In this document: positions 14,636-25,298 of the stretch, in pieces
How positions within the stretch are numbered: the first letter of the stretch is position 1
How the letters are laid out: every line of letters begins with the position of its first letter
Origin: Escherichia phage vB_EcoM_phAPEC6
DNA length: 64,000 bases
Sequence record: MK817115.1
Strand: one strand, 5' to 3'
Program-made: the position numbers and the translations under genes
The notes under the pieces: generated by a model
Databases searched by the model: none
Told to the model about the DNA's origin: nothing
What the model saw: the letters and a program-made list of their open reading frames with translations, nothing else

Positions 14636-15028
14636 TTAAGAAAAGGTCTGTTTGCTGATGCTAATGTTAATATCATCACCAGATGTGATAAATTTTGTTA
14701 TTCGTTTTCCATTTAATTCGGTTGGTAGAACCAATGGTATACCATTCAAACGAAGTTCGACATCCATTGGTAATGCGAATTTGAATGTGCTTATGGTACA
14801 TTTTCCCCAAGAAATTGGCATGTTATAAAAAGATGAATTATTATCTTTATATAAATCGACTTCATTTTTAACAACGCTTACCATCATTGGATAGTCATAT
14901 ACCATAATAGCTTCCAACAACCTAGACAAGTTCATAGCACCAGTGAACTTAGAATCTATGATTGTTGGGGTTTTACCATCACCAATATCTACTACAGTGT
15001 GAATTGTGTAGAATGTATATGGTTTCAT
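14636..15028 (-). CDS. Hypothetical protein
   Basis: 130 aa ORF. Confidence 0.4.
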   Translation of the reverse strand: MKPYTFYTIHTVVDIGDGKTPTIIDSKFTGAMNLSRLLEAIMVYDYPMMVSVVKNEVDLYKDNNSSFYNMPISWGKCTISTFKFALPMDVELRLNGIPLVLPTELNGKRITKFITSGDDINISISKQTFS

Positions 15029-15219
15029 TCTTTGTCCTTATCTTTTTTCTCTACGACTTTGTATCCAAAGAAGTTAGTAGGAGGCAATCTACGATGTAAT
15101 GGATAATGTAAACCAGTACTGACTGATGCAATAGCACCTGCTGAAGTAGCTCCAGAAGATGCATTTTCTTTGATATTCTTTTTCTTCATATTAATTTCCT
15201 TTATTACGTTTTTCATCAA
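15025..15219 (-). CDS. Hypothetical small protein
   Basis: 64 aa ORF. Confidence 0.3.
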   Translation of the reverse strand: MMKNVIKEINMKKKNIKENASSGATSAGAIASVSTGLHYPLHRRLPPTNFFGYKVVEKKDKDKE

Positions 15220-15463
15220 GTGCTATATTCTCTAACCCTTTTTGAAACTTTTTATAATCTCGGTTTTTTATACTTAGAAATAAGCGTTTTTTTAAATCTT
15301 CAGCATCAGTTTGGTTAAACTCATCTTCAATGCTCTCCAATAAATGAATCACAGAGTTTATTGCGTGGTCGGCACGATTACTAAAACTCTGTAATGTATC
15401 TTTCTCTGGCGTATAGTCAACTATACTATCAAGTAGATTCTTTTTATTGGATTTACTAGACAT
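15191..15463 (-). CDS. Hypothetical small protein
   Basis: 90 aa ORF. Confidence 0.35.
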   Translation of the reverse strand: MSSKSNKKNLLDSIVDYTPEKDTLQSFSNRADHAINSVIHLLESIEDEFNQTDAEDLKKRLFLSIKNRDYKKFQKGLENIALDEKRNKGN

Positions 15464-15466
15464 TTA

Positions 15467-16987
15467 TCATTTCCTTTGATTTAACCATTGCTTCATTGCA
15501 TGAACACGATCAGTACCAGCATGTGTCTGTGGATTCTGTATTTCGTTTTGTGTCGTAGAGTTAGGAGCACTATCAGTATTTAGTGTTACTGTATTGTCAG
15601 GTTGCACAGATGGTGATTTAGCTGCACCAGAAAGCGAATGACGTAATGTTTGCATAGTGCTGGGTGGTAACGCCATGTTCCCTCCACCAATCTTAGAAAC
15701 ACCGCTGTGACGGAATCCATTACCTTCGGTTTCCATTTGTTGTACTGTAGTTGCGTGGTCAAGAACTCTCAATGAATCAATATCATAAGACATACGCAAA
15801 CGGGAACCTACTGCACTACTGTTACGTGTTTTTTGGAAATCAAACCATAGTTCGCCAGTTTCTTTTCGTGCCTCAATATAAATTACGTTATCAGCAGTAT
15901 AAATTTTTGAAATACCGCCAGCAATCTGACTTTGACTTTTCTTATCTTCGTCCATACCACTACGGTTAAACTGAGATGCAGTGAAAACAGTTAAATCCAT
16001 TTTGGTTGCAAGTGCACGTAATTCTTCTGATACAAACTTATCTTTAGTAAATGTATTGGATTTATCATTTGGTCCAAGACGATTAGAAGTTAATAGATCC
16101 AAATAGTCCACACATACATAATCAAGTTTGATTTCCATCTTAATTTGTAATTCACGTAGATAACTTTCAATATCGTCAGTGGTTGTTACAGATTCAGGTA
16201 AGCGTTTAATACGCAACATACCACTGTTTTTACCTTCAACTTTAACAGCAAATCCAATCTTTTCAGCTTCATTTTTTACGTTACTGAGTTTTGATTCAGT
16301 CATCATACCATAGATACGAACAGCAACCAACTCTTCAGCTAGTTCAAGTGAAATGTATGCACCATTCATACCAGCTTTCGCAAAGTTAACTGCTAAATTT
16401 TGCAGTACTACTGATTTACCACCACCTGATGCAGCAGCAAAGATCTCTAACTCTCTACGCCCAAATCCACCGAACAGTTTGTAATCAAGAGTTTCCCAAC
16501 CACTCTTAAATGACCCTTGCATTGTACTGAGTGAGCGGATTGTATCTTCAGGGTTTTCAAAAATGTCCAAACCTAACTCATTCTGTACCGTTACCAACAT
16601 TGCTTCTCGGATTAGTTCTTCGATTCCACCATATTTTTTCTGATGGACAAGTTCCATTCCTTTTTCAACGGCTAACGCTAATGCTTTATGACGACAAAAT
16701 TCACCACAGGTATCAAGTACTGATTGTTTATGTAATTCTTGAACTTCATATTGATCGTATTGATAACCACCTTTAACTTCAATATCTTTCAAAGTAGGTG
16801 ATGAACTATATTTTGCAGCATAATCATGCACGTATTGAATACTTTCATGAAATGTTTTATCAAAATATTCTGGTTTAAGGATATTTTTACAACGTACATA
16901 TAAATCAGGATTACTGAAAATCTGAGATAATAAGTATTGTTGTGCATTAATCCCATATTGTTTCACATCCACTGTGCTTTGAATCAT
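15467..16987 (-). CDS. 41: DnaB-like replicative DNA helicase (T4 gp41 equivalent)
   Basis: 506 aa; Walker A AASGGGKS; sits immediately downstream of the primase gene. Confidence 0.85.
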   Translation of the reverse strand: MIQSTVDVKQYGINAQQYLLSQIFSNPDLYVRCKNILKPEYFDKTFHESIQYVHDYAAKYSSSPTLKDIEVKGGYQYDQYEVQELHKQSVLDTCGEFCRHKALALAVEKGMELVHQKKYGGIEELIREAMLVTVQNELGLDIFENPEDTIRSLSTMQGSFKSGWETLDYKLFGGFGRRELEIFAAASGGGKSVVLQNLAVNFAKAGMNGAYISLELAEELVAVRIYGMMTESKLSNVKNEAEKIGFAVKVEGKNSGMLRIKRLPESVTTTDDIESYLRELQIKMEIKLDYVCVDYLDLLTSNRLGPNDKSNTFTKDKFVSEELRALATKMDLTVFTASQFNRSGMDEDKKSQSQIAGGISKIYTADNVIYIEARKETGELWFDFQKTRNSSAVGSRLRMSYDIDSLRVLDHATTVQQMETEGNGFRHSGVSKIGGGNMALPPSTMQTLRHSLSGAAKSPSVQPDNTVTLNTDSAPNSTTQNEIQNPQTHAGTDRVHAMKQWLNQRK

Positions 16988-17009
16988 CTATGTTCCCTCA
17001 TTATATGTA

Positions 17010-18065
17010 TTACATCCATTTATCCGTTTGAGCTTTAATATAAAATGGCTCATCTACTATACTATCATGTATTAATTGTAAACAAAATAACCTACCAAAT
17101 CGTGCACAAGCTTCTTCAAAGTCCTTGATATGACGTATTGTACTACCTTCTCTTACAGCACCAAAGTCTGGGAAGGAAACACTGAATCCATTTTCAAGTG
17201 CTTGGTCTATAGTTATTAATCCATCTTTATCTCTATCTGGAACAATAACTATTTTTTTACCTTTTTGCTGTGCATCTTTTAATACATCAATCTGTACGTT
17301 TGATAATTTAAAGTTATTAGCAGATACACCACCCATTAATGCTGCGTCTAACGGACCCTCACATACTAAAATTGTTTTTATTCGTTCATCTTTTAATAAA
17401 TCATAGTTATATAGTATATTAGTACTTACTTGATTTATGAACCTGTATGTACTTCCAGGATCTTTTAATTTATGTCGTGCAGTATAACCAATAATTTTAC
17501 CATTCATGAAATATGGAATAATAAATCTGTCATACATTTTATGTTCTTTATTAGGTGACCAATATAATTCTAAGTCTAACAGATATGGGTTTCTTTCATT
17601 GACATTATGCAAAACACTTATAAATTCTTGTGGAATTTTATCTTCAGGTAAAGAAGCCCATTCCCAAAATGTTTTTGCATTTGATGGCAAATCACGTACT
17701 GTTACTCGGTCATACAATTTTGATGCAACAGTTTCTTGTGCAGCAAAATCACCGCTGTCAACCATTTCTTTAATATAAAACTTAACTAATTCTATTTCTT
17801 TATCTTGTGCACCAAAAGAAATGAGCAAAGACTCCATATCTTTGCTCATATATTTTCCTGGTTGCCAACCAGTTTTTAAACTACAGTTAAAGCAGTTATA
17901 TGAAACGGAACCATCTGCATTGAACATATGATTACCACGGTGCTTTGTATCCGGCCTTGAATGTCCTCTGAACACACAAGCTGGACAGTTGTGTCGTGAC
18001 CATGTACCAATCGCAGGTACTGGATCATTCATAATTTGTGCCATTATGTTTTGTACAGCGTTCAT
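17010..18065 (-). CDS. 61: DNA primase (T4 gp61 equivalent)
   Basis: 351 aa; zinc ribbon CPACVFRGHS ... CFNC; TOPRIM-like IVIVPDRDKDG. Confidence 0.8.
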   Translation of the reverse strand: MNAVQNIMAQIMNDPVPAIGTWSRHNCPACVFRGHSRPDTKHRGNHMFNADGSVSYNCFNCSLKTGWQPGKYMSKDMESLLISFGAQDKEIELVKFYIKEMVDSGDFAAQETVASKLYDRVTVRDLPSNAKTFWEWASLPEDKIPQEFISVLHNVNERNPYLLDLELYWSPNKEHKMYDRFIIPYFMNGKIIGYTARHKLKDPGSTYRFINQVSTNILYNYDLLKDERIKTILVCEGPLDAALMGGVSANNFKLSNVQIDVLKDAQQKGKKIVIVPDRDKDGLITIDQALENGFSVSFPDFGAVREGSTIRHIKDFEEACARFGRLFCLQLIHDSIVDEPFYIKAQTDKWM

Positions 18066-18094
18066 AAGTTAATCCTTGTCTTTTCTTACAAATG

Positions 18095-18123
18095 ATTATA
18101 GCACACCTTCTAGTTTTGTCTCA
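18095..18123 (-). promoter_or_regulatory. Early-type promoter, TGAGAC-N17-TATAAT with GTGC before the -10
   Basis: Read on the minus strand; upstream of the primase gene. Confidence 0.5.
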
Positions 18124-19098
18124 TCTACGTATCAAAATTTTAGGTACTGTTAGGAAAGGGTCATACACTTTTCGGACAGCAGCATAGTCATATGGTACTG
18201 GAACAATTTTGGGATGAATAGCAACCACCAAACGTAACCACATATAATTTCCTTTAAAATTAAATGCTTGTATTCCGTCAAGTTCTTTTGGAAAACCTTC
18301 TGAATCAATTCCATTTTCAATATAATCCTTTCCATCTAATTTAATAATAAACCATTTATAGTTTTCATTATCATTAGGTACGTTGTTACACAAGCACCCT
18401 TGTAGCTGTATTCTACCAATAAATTTATCAAAATAGATTGCAATACTACTTAATCCTTCTACTAATCCAAACTGCATTTGTGCTGGTAGTGGAGTTGATG
18501 CGAGAATATCATATTCACCAATCATACCATTTCCAATTGGTTCATGATATAAACGCTTTATAGTTGTCCATGCTGGATTTTTATTAACTGATATTTCAGT
18601 ACTGGGGACAAATACAGGTGCTGCTTGGTCTGAAATTATTAGCTCTGCTGATGCCTCAAAGTTCATCCCTGTGTATAGATATTGTGTTGGTTCTATAAGT
18701 GAACCATCCATTGTTACTTTAGTAATGCTCCATCTATATTTTGAACCAGGACTGGTATCTTGAATAACTCCTGCTGGAACAATACATCCATAATATACTT
18801 TCTTTTTATTTCCTAATGTTTGTCTTGCTTGTCCACTTTCTGATAACCAACTGGGTTCTTGTTTTTCTAATACAACATCAAATAGTTTAGTATTATTTCG
18901 TGCATCAAAAATCATAAATGTAAGATATTCATTATCTTTCAATAAAGTATATTTTCCATCAGCGTTGTGAACAGTAAAAGATAAATTATTATTTGCCCCT
19001 CTATATATAGTTAGTTTTTCATTGCTATATGGCATATTAAAATTGCCCAATGATACTTCCTGATTATAAGGGTACATAAACACGCCGTGATGAGCCAT
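18121..19098 (-). CDS. Hypothetical protein, probably late-expressed
   Basis: Start set at ATG 19098 (MAHHGVF..., GAAGGA SD upstream); palindromic late-like TATAAAT element just upstream. Confidence 0.4.
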   Translation of the reverse strand: MAHHGVFMYPYNQEVSLGNFNMPYSNEKLTIYRGANNNLSFTVHNADGKYTLLKDNEYLTFMIFDARNNTKLFDVVLEKQEPSWLSESGQARQTLGNKKKVYYGCIVPAGVIQDTSPGSKYRWSITKVTMDGSLIEPTQYLYTGMNFEASAELIISDQAAPVFVPSTEISVNKNPAWTTIKRLYHEPIGNGMIGEYDILASTPLPAQMQFGLVEGLSSIAIYFDKFIGRIQLQGCLCNNVPNDNENYKWFIIKLDGKDYIENGIDSEGFPKELDGIQAFNFKGNYMWLRLVVAIHPKIVPVPYDYAAVRKVYDPFLTVPKILIRR

Positions 19099-19155
19099 AG
19101 TTTTTCCTTCCATAAATAATAGGTATAAATTTATACTAATATTTATGGAACTAAT

Positions 19156-19509
19156 ATGAATCAATATAACACTATTCCACCATTCATTACTGTAATCCAG
19201 TATGATGGTAAAACGTTTGTTGGTATCATCAAAATCAAAAGCAAACAGTATACAACTCTTTACTGTTTCGATGATATGGATGATTCAATGCAAGACGAAT
19301 TGTTAGGTATAGCACACGATTGGTGGTGGCAAAGTAATAGAACCATTCCAGTTTGTCTATTCTTTCAAGAAGAGATGGAGAAATTTGAACCGTACACACA
19401 GAGATTCGATACACCGTCGGTGAATTTCGTATGTGGTCCAGTAGTTTCTTTAAGCAATTTGCCACAGAAACGCATCAAGCGTCGTAATGTGGCTCTTAAG
19501 AAGAAGTAA
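19156..19509 (+). CDS. Hypothetical protein with basic C-terminus
   Basis: 117 aa ORF on the plus strand filling a 330 nt gap between minus genes; TATAAATT about 25 nt upstream. Confidence 0.3.
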   Translation: MNQYNTIPPFITVIQYDGKTFVGIIKIKSKQYTTLYCFDDMDDSMQDELLGIAHDWWWQSNRTIPVCLFFQEEMEKFEPYTQRFDTPSVNFVCGPVVSLSNLPQKRIKRRNVALKKK

Positions 19510-20134
19510 GATGTTCAACTAAAGCATTTAGTTGTACAACAATCATTAAGCTATATGCGTAAGCATGTGGCTTTTTGAAATATCGTAATTTATTTCCTGC
19601 TTGGTCAGTGCCGATAGTACTATAATCCCATATGGTAGCTTTAACTTCGTCCCATGTGTTCATACTTTGGCACTGCCTTTTTCCTGGGCGAATCATTGCA
19701 ATAAACATTGCTAGTTCGTCTATAGATTTAGGCTTCCATATATTTAATAAAGTTACATGTTTTTTAATTTGCGATAGATGTTCTACAATTTCGGGTTCTA
19801 ACAATAGATCCCAATTTGGTTCCTGATTCATTAGTTCTTTTAAATGCTCTCTATCACGAACATACATGTAAGCTGACTGTGAAAGAATATCAACTTTTTG
19901 ATACCCTAACCTTTCAGCTTCTTTATATTGTATACTTGCCAATCCAGTGATTGGGTCAATAGGTATATTATCAAAATGAACACCACTATTATGGGGGATT
20001 AAACCATCCTCCGTAATTTTTTCAGTACTTCGCACACATGGAAGTTTAGCGATTACGCTTTTACTATCCTTGAAGTCAATGTCAATATCAGTTCGGGCTT
20101 TTCTATAATGTTTAGAATCGGTCGAATCCTGCAT
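19496..20134 (-). CDS. Hypothetical protein
   Basis: 212 aa; weak resemblance of GYQKVDILSQSAYMYV and FKKPHAYAYSLMIVVQ to DnaE motifs (see findings). Confidence 0.4.
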   Translation of the reverse strand: MQDSTDSKHYRKARTDIDIDFKDSKSVIAKLPCVRSTEKITEDGLIPHNSGVHFDNIPIDPITGLASIQYKEAERLGYQKVDILSQSAYMYVRDREHLKELMNQEPNWDLLLEPEIVEHLSQIKKHVTLLNIWKPKSIDELAMFIAMIRPGKRQCQSMNTWDEVKATIWDYSTIGTDQAGNKLRYFKKPHAYAYSLMIVVQLNALVEHLTSS

Positions 20135-20441
20135 TTTTTATTTGCTCCTGTAACTGTTTAACTGTATTAGTCAAAGTTGATATTTGATTCTCTAATAATC
20201 TACAATTTTGTTTTGTCTTTGCCAATTCTTGACTTAAACTGAAAAAGCGTTCTTCGTGTCTTTCTACCAAAGAAATAATTTTTTCAATACGAGCAGGATC
20301 ATGAACTTGAAATGTTTTACCATCTAAAGTTATTTCAGTAATAGATCCTTGTCTAAGTAGAGATATTTGTTTTGATTTTTGTTCTTTAGGTACAGGTACA
20401 TACCCTTCTGGTATTTTATTATATATACTTTTTCCATTCAT
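20112..20441 (-). CDS. Hypothetical protein
   Basis: 109 aa ORF. Confidence 0.35.
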   Translation of the reverse strand: MNGKSIYNKIPEGYVPVPKEQKSKQISLLRQGSITEITLDGKTFQVHDPARIEKIISLVERHEERFFSLSQELAKTKQNCRLLENQISTLTNTVKQLQEQIKNAGFDRF

Positions 20442-21148
20442 AATCCTGCCTCACATAGCATAATCTTAATTTCATCACAATCCTTTTTGTATTTTATAGT
20501 TTTGATTTCAAAATAACTTGGATCGATGTATTTAAGTATATATTCAATTTCTGAGTTTGATAGTTTTTTAAAAAACTTATTAGTACTTTTTTTAGGAGCA
20601 AGCCAGATAATCCAAGGTGAAATTTTACCACTCTCAATCCATGCAATTGCACGGGCAGAACTTACATTTTCAAAGAAAGTATTCCATTGTACATTCAAAT
20701 TTTCAGCCCATTCAACCAGTGAGATAACACTTCTTGCAATTGCTTCTTTTGGGTGCTCGGCACGAATTGTTTTTAATATCCATTCATCTTTTGCTTTATA
20801 TGTACTCCATTCCGTGATTGGTTTGTTATTGATAATCAAGTACTTTACAAACTCGTCCACATTAATAATATCTCTATTATTCAAATAGTATTCGGCAAAA
20901 CTATAAAAATCATTAAAGTACTTTGACTTTATAAAAGCAATAAAAGGCTCTACGCCTTTTTTAAATGGGAACTTATTCAATTCCATAAATTGCATATATA
21001 TACGAAAAGCCTCCATCATCTGGCGGCTTTGGCGGTCTTCGTATCGGTCACGTTTTATACATTTATGTGTGTTTACAGTTTCTTCACGTTTAAATTCACG
21101 ATCACAAAATCTACAGGTATATACTTTATTACTTGATTTCTTTGCCAT
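20438..21148 (-). CDS. Hypothetical protein with N-terminal zinc-finger-like motif
   Basis: 236 aa; YTCRFCDREFKREETVNTHKC. Confidence 0.4.
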   Translation of the reverse strand: MAKKSSNKVYTCRFCDREFKREETVNTHKCIKRDRYEDRQSRQMMEAFRIYMQFMELNKFPFKKGVEPFIAFIKSKYFNDFYSFAEYYLNNRDIINVDEFVKYLIINNKPITEWSTYKAKDEWILKTIRAEHPKEAIARSVISLVEWAENLNVQWNTFFENVSSARAIAWIESGKISPWIIWLAPKKSTNKFFKKLSNSEIEYILKYIDPSYFEIKTIKYKKDCDEIKIMLCEAGL

Positions 21149-21974
21149 ATTTTTTACATTCTTCTTTAAACAATTTCATCATAGATTTCTTTTCATTATC
21201 TTGAAAACCATTATTGTCAAGAAATGTCTCAAATGTTTTTTTATCATACTGCAATAGAACAATTTTGTACTCATCTTCATTCATTTGAGTAGATATAGTA
21301 TCAGGTTGTGAGCTTTTAATTAACTCAAATAATTCGTTATTTGCCTTTTTGAAATTCTTAGAAAAGTTTAACCAGTTACGTGGCATTTCTTGTCCACCAA
21401 TCATATCATGGACTGAACACATAAGCTGATATACTAATTCTGGATGTTCTTTCATATCCCAAAATCCATCATTAACCATATCATTTAGCATAATAAGTTG
21501 GTATTTGACAACTTCAGTATCTACTAATGAAACAATTTCGGAACCTGATACGCCAAATTCGACCATTGAGGATATTAATTTTTGTGCGTCATCTTTTGAT
21601 TGGACTGCAAATTTAATACGCCAATCATAATCACTATGACAGTACTTAGTTACTGATGAAACATTTGTCCCTGAAGACTTTAATTCAGTAACTAGTTCAG
21701 TCAGTGCTTCTTTACCACCAGATTTCCATTTTCCAAATACACTTTCAACTTTACTACTAGGGTAGGTTACTTGTAACGAATCATCTAAAGAGCTTACCCA
21801 TCGCAAAACAGTATATGGAGTAAACTCTTTTCGTTCTTTTTCGGTCATGTCATTATAGTACTTATAATCAGCACGGTCAATGTGTTTTAGAAATTCAGCA
21901 ATAGAAAAAGAATGCTGTGTTGGTTTTTCATCATCATCGACCGACTTATTTTTAATATTACTGAAATCAAACAC
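21129..21974 (-). CDS. Hypothetical protein
   Basis: 281 aa ORF. Confidence 0.4.
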   Translation of the reverse strand: MFDFSNIKNKSVDDDEKPTQHSFSIAEFLKHIDRADYKYYNDMTEKERKEFTPYTVLRWVSSLDDSLQVTYPSSKVESVFGKWKSGGKEALTELVTELKSSGTNVSSVTKYCHSDYDWRIKFAVQSKDDAQKLISSMVEFGVSGSEIVSLVDTEVVKYQLIMLNDMVNDGFWDMKEHPELVYQLMCSVHDMIGGQEMPRNWLNFSKNFKKANNELFELIKSSQPDTISTQMNEDEYKIVLLQYDKKTFETFLDNNGFQDNEKKSMMKLFKEECKKYGKEIK

Positions 21975-21978
21975 TATT

Positions 21979-22476
21979 TTATACTCCTAGATACAAATCT
22001 TGAATTTTTTCGTTTTCATCTGCAAAGTACACACATGGTGGATTTTCACCACTATGTAGTGGGACGCATAGTAAATTCTTTTTAGGTAACATTGGTATCT
22101 GCCACTTTGTAGTTAATGCAAATACACGTAGTACTTTGACTGGTTCAAACTTAGGATACATTGAACGGATAGGATTGTAAACAAAAGCTTTTGGTTCTTT
22201 CATGTTAAGAATGTTTTCAATTGTACACATCTCAACCATACCAGTTTCTTCATCACCTAACATAATTTGCCATCCTAGAGGCACTTGAATAATCTTTTCA
22301 CCAATTTGAAGATCAGCACTAATACTATTAAATGATACGGTGTTTAGAATATGTCTAAAATAAAAATCAGATTCACCATTTGGGCTTAGATCCAAAACAC
22401 AATACATTTCTTCAGGGATATGTTCTGTTACTAAATCCATGTCAAAAGAATTATTTTCAGGTGTTAATACGTTCAT
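21979..22476 (-). CDS. Hypothetical protein
   Basis: 165 aa ORF. Confidence 0.4.
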   Translation of the reverse strand: MNVLTPENNSFDMDLVTEHIPEEMYCVLDLSPNGESDFYFRHILNTVSFNSISADLQIGEKIIQVPLGWQIMLGDEETGMVEMCTIENILNMKEPKAFVYNPIRSMYPKFEPVKVLRVFALTTKWQIPMLPKKNLLCVPLHSGENPPCVYFADENEKIQDLYLGV

Positions 22477-22485
22477 GTCATCTCC

Positions 22486-22914
22486 TTAGTACTGCGAATC
22501 TTCTTCGTCATCATAATATTCTTCATCATCTTGGTCTTCTACCCCATAAAATTCAAGTCCATAAGTTTCACACATCTCTTGAATTTTATCTACATCAGTA
22601 TCCAGATATGAATCAAAATTACCACTTAGACTTACTACATCAATAAAAGTTTTCGTGTCAGTACTTGCATAGATGATATCATATTTCAATGATTCTACTT
22701 TAGAATCAATTCGTGTCTGTAATTCATAGATATTAATCCAAGAATCACTATCAATATTACATCTCCATACGTTAGTATCATCCGTTTCTAGCTCAGGTAT
22801 ATAGTCAAGAGAAGATACCATGTCATCCATAATACCATCATCGTTCAACAATACATCCATAACTTCTAAAGTTTCTTGGTCACAAATAAAAGCAATACTA
22901 GATCTCAATTCCAT
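22486..22914 (-). CDS. Hypothetical acidic protein
   Basis: 142 aa, Asp/Glu-rich C-terminus. Confidence 0.4.
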   Translation of the reverse strand: MELRSSIAFICDQETLEVMDVLLNDDGIMDDMVSSLDYIPELETDDTNVWRCNIDSDSWINIYELQTRIDSKVESLKYDIIYASTDTKTFIDVVSLSGNFDSYLDTDVDKIQEMCETYGLEFYGVEDQDDEEYYDDEEDSQY

Positions 22915-22969
22915 TTTATTTTACATCCTTGTTGTTGTCATATGACACATTATATCACAAACAGCGGGT

Positions 22970-24454
22970 TTATCCCGCTGTGTTTTCCCAATCTTTAACA
23001 TCTATTATACTATGAGGATATTGTGCTTCCTTATAGTAAGCTAAACGTTCTCGTAAATGCTTGGCACTATACTTATTAGAACCACTAATATCATATATTT
23101 CTACGTGGTCTTTATCTTCTGCTCGGCGTAATCCACGTCCAATTGACTGTATAGTTCTTACAAAACTTTTTCCTGGCTCAATCAATACTACATTATATAA
23201 CCTTGAAATACTAATACCAGTACTGGCAACGCCGTATGTCGCAATAAGTATTTTATTATCAGCCCAACGAATTTCACCATAAGATGATTCTCGATCTTTC
23301 TTTTTAGTTTCTCCACGAACGAATTCTGATTTGGGAATGCCTAAAAATTCACATAGCAACTCACCTGCTTCAAGTCTATCTACTAAAACTAAAGTGTTTC
23401 CTGATTCAGATAACGCAGATATCAATGACGCTACATATGCCATCCTATCTCTGTCAGTTACTAAGTATTTCAACTCTTCAGCATATGATGCAAACTTCAT
23501 ACTACTTTTTAGTTTGATGCAATTCACATTACATGTACTTAGTATTTGTTTATCTTGTAATTCCTTTGCAGTTATTTTAAATATAACATCACCAACATTA
23601 CATTTGATTTTCGCGGCAACTACCGGATCTTTAGGAATTGTTCCAGTAAGACCCCAACGTAATGGTACGTTATTCATAACTTTAGAAAGTACTTGAACTA
23701 ATGCGTCACCGCCTGCACCTTGACACTCATCAACGATAACACAAACTACTCCATCGATAAAATCATTCACGTCTTGTTCAGTTAATTCAATTTCACCTTT
23801 CTTGGTTTTCTTCCATAGAGAGTTAAATGATTGCCAAGTCGTAATAGTATGTTGGTGACCAAAATCTTTTTGTGAACCATAGAACATGCCAGTATCCAAC
23901 CCACACATAATGTAGTCATCATATGTTTGTTGTACTAAGTCAGTACTTGGTACTATTATAACAGAACGTCCATACTCTTGCACTTTCTTTGACAATGCAG
24001 CAGTAATGAGAGTTTTACCTGCACCAGTAGCTGCCAATAGTAGTCCGTGTGGATTAGCCAAACATGCATTAACCGCATTAACTTGATGTTCACGTAGTTT
24101 TATGGATTTACCTTCCATGTGGTGTCCTGCACCGAATACAACATCACTAAAAATATCTTCATCAATGGGGTCAAATTTAAATCCATAATCTACCCTATGA
24201 TCTACTAATTCAATGTCAATCTTAGCTTCATCAAGAATAGGCAATAACTTATCTAACATATGATAATAAGTTGTCCCGCCTAAATTCATAAACTGAACTT
24301 TACCATCCCAACGTCCAATACGTCCTGCTGGTGTGAACTTTGCATATGGTAACACATATTCAGTTGCACGAATCATCTTTTGTCTAATTGAGGGATCAAG
24401 TCCCTCAAATTTACAATTCACCTCATCCAATAAGGTTAACTTACAAGTTTTCAT
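22970..24454 (-). CDS. uvsW: UvsW-like SF2 helicase
   Basis: 494 aa; Walker A AATGAGKT; DExQ box VDECQ; GRWDGKVQF N-terminal segment as in T4 UvsW. Confidence 0.8.
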   Translation of the reverse strand: MKTCKLTLLDEVNCKFEGLDPSIRQKMIRATEYVLPYAKFTPAGRIGRWDGKVQFMNLGGTTYYHMLDKLLPILDEAKIDIELVDHRVDYGFKFDPIDEDIFSDVVFGAGHHMEGKSIKLREHQVNAVNACLANPHGLLLAATGAGKTLITAALSKKVQEYGRSVIIVPSTDLVQQTYDDYIMCGLDTGMFYGSQKDFGHQHTITTWQSFNSLWKKTKKGEIELTEQDVNDFIDGVVCVIVDECQGAGGDALVQVLSKVMNNVPLRWGLTGTIPKDPVVAAKIKCNVGDVIFKITAKELQDKQILSTCNVNCIKLKSSMKFASYAEELKYLVTDRDRMAYVASLISALSESGNTLVLVDRLEAGELLCEFLGIPKSEFVRGETKKKDRESSYGEIRWADNKILIATYGVASTGISISRLYNVVLIEPGKSFVRTIQSIGRGLRRAEDKDHVEIYDISGSNKYSAKHLRERLAYYKEAQYPHSIIDVKDWENTAG

Positions 24455-24469
24455 CCATGATTACCTTTA

Positions 24470-25288
24470 TTAATTAGTTCGAGTATTATATTCGTACTCA
24501 AATGTATATACTAAATCTTTATCACAGTTAGGGTTACTTGCATCTAAAATGTCACTATTAGTAATCATCCATTCAATGTAATTCAATGGAACTGTACTCA
24601 TTGGCTCACCTTTGTGTTTACCAAATGGCATGAATTGATAACGCATTGGTGTGTTGCAGAAAGTTACAATTTGCTCACCAATATCACCATTAGGTTCGAT
24701 ATATCCACGTTCGATTGCAATTTCAACTAATTTGATTAGAACCTGATAACACATAAACACATCGTCTTTTGCTGCGTGTGCATTAACAGGTCGATGAACA
24801 TCACGATAACATCCAAACTTATACCACAAATAACTTAGAGTTAAGTTTTTAAATTCAATATCTTCTGCGAACATTTTCTTAGCAAGACGAAGGGTACAAA
24901 TCCATTTATTTTCATCAAGTAAGTACTGTGAAATTGAGTTACGATATTTATATTCGTTATCTACCATCATTCTACGGTCAAATTGTACATTATGACCAAC
25001 AAAATACTTACGGCAGCCCATAAGTGCATCAATGTTATCTAAATCATCTTTATACCCAACACAATTAGCTACATCCTCAGTACTGATAAAGTGCACAGCA
25101 GATGCCTCTGGTGGAATATCTTTCAAGGGTTTGTATCTCAATGTATAGTTATCAATAGTATCAATGTTTTCATGTGAAGTATGTGGATACGAGATACTAA
25201 ATTCAATAATATCATCTTCACTCTCAACCCCAGTAGTTTCAGTATCTAGAACTGCTACATTTGATAAAAACTCATTTAATTTTGTCAT
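24470..25288 (-). CDS. dexA: DnaQ-like 3'-5' exonuclease (DexA-like) with KHKG C-terminal domain
   Basis: 272 aa; DEDDh motifs LDTETTG, GHNVQFD and HAAKDD. Confidence 0.6.
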   Translation of the reverse strand: MTKLNEFLSNVAVLDTETTGVESEDDIIEFSISYPHTSHENIDTIDNYTLRYKPLKDIPPEASAVHFISTEDVANCVGYKDDLDNIDALMGCRKYFVGHNVQFDRRMMVDNEYKYRNSISQYLLDENKWICTLRLAKKMFAEDIEFKNLTLSYLWYKFGCYRDVHRPVNAHAAKDDVFMCYQVLIKLVEIAIERGYIEPNGDIGEQIVTFCNTPMRYQFMPFGKHKGEPMSTVPLNYIEWMITNSDILDASNPNCDKDLVYTFEYEYNTRTN

Positions 25289-25298
25289 TTTATTCTCG

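Noticed and set aside
22953-22981. Hairpin ACAGCGGG / CCCGCTGT overlapping the uvsW stop
   Set aside because: The sequence following it on the minus strand is U-poor (UUGUGAUAUAAUG), so it is unlikely to be an efficient intrinsic terminator; it may still be a structural element.
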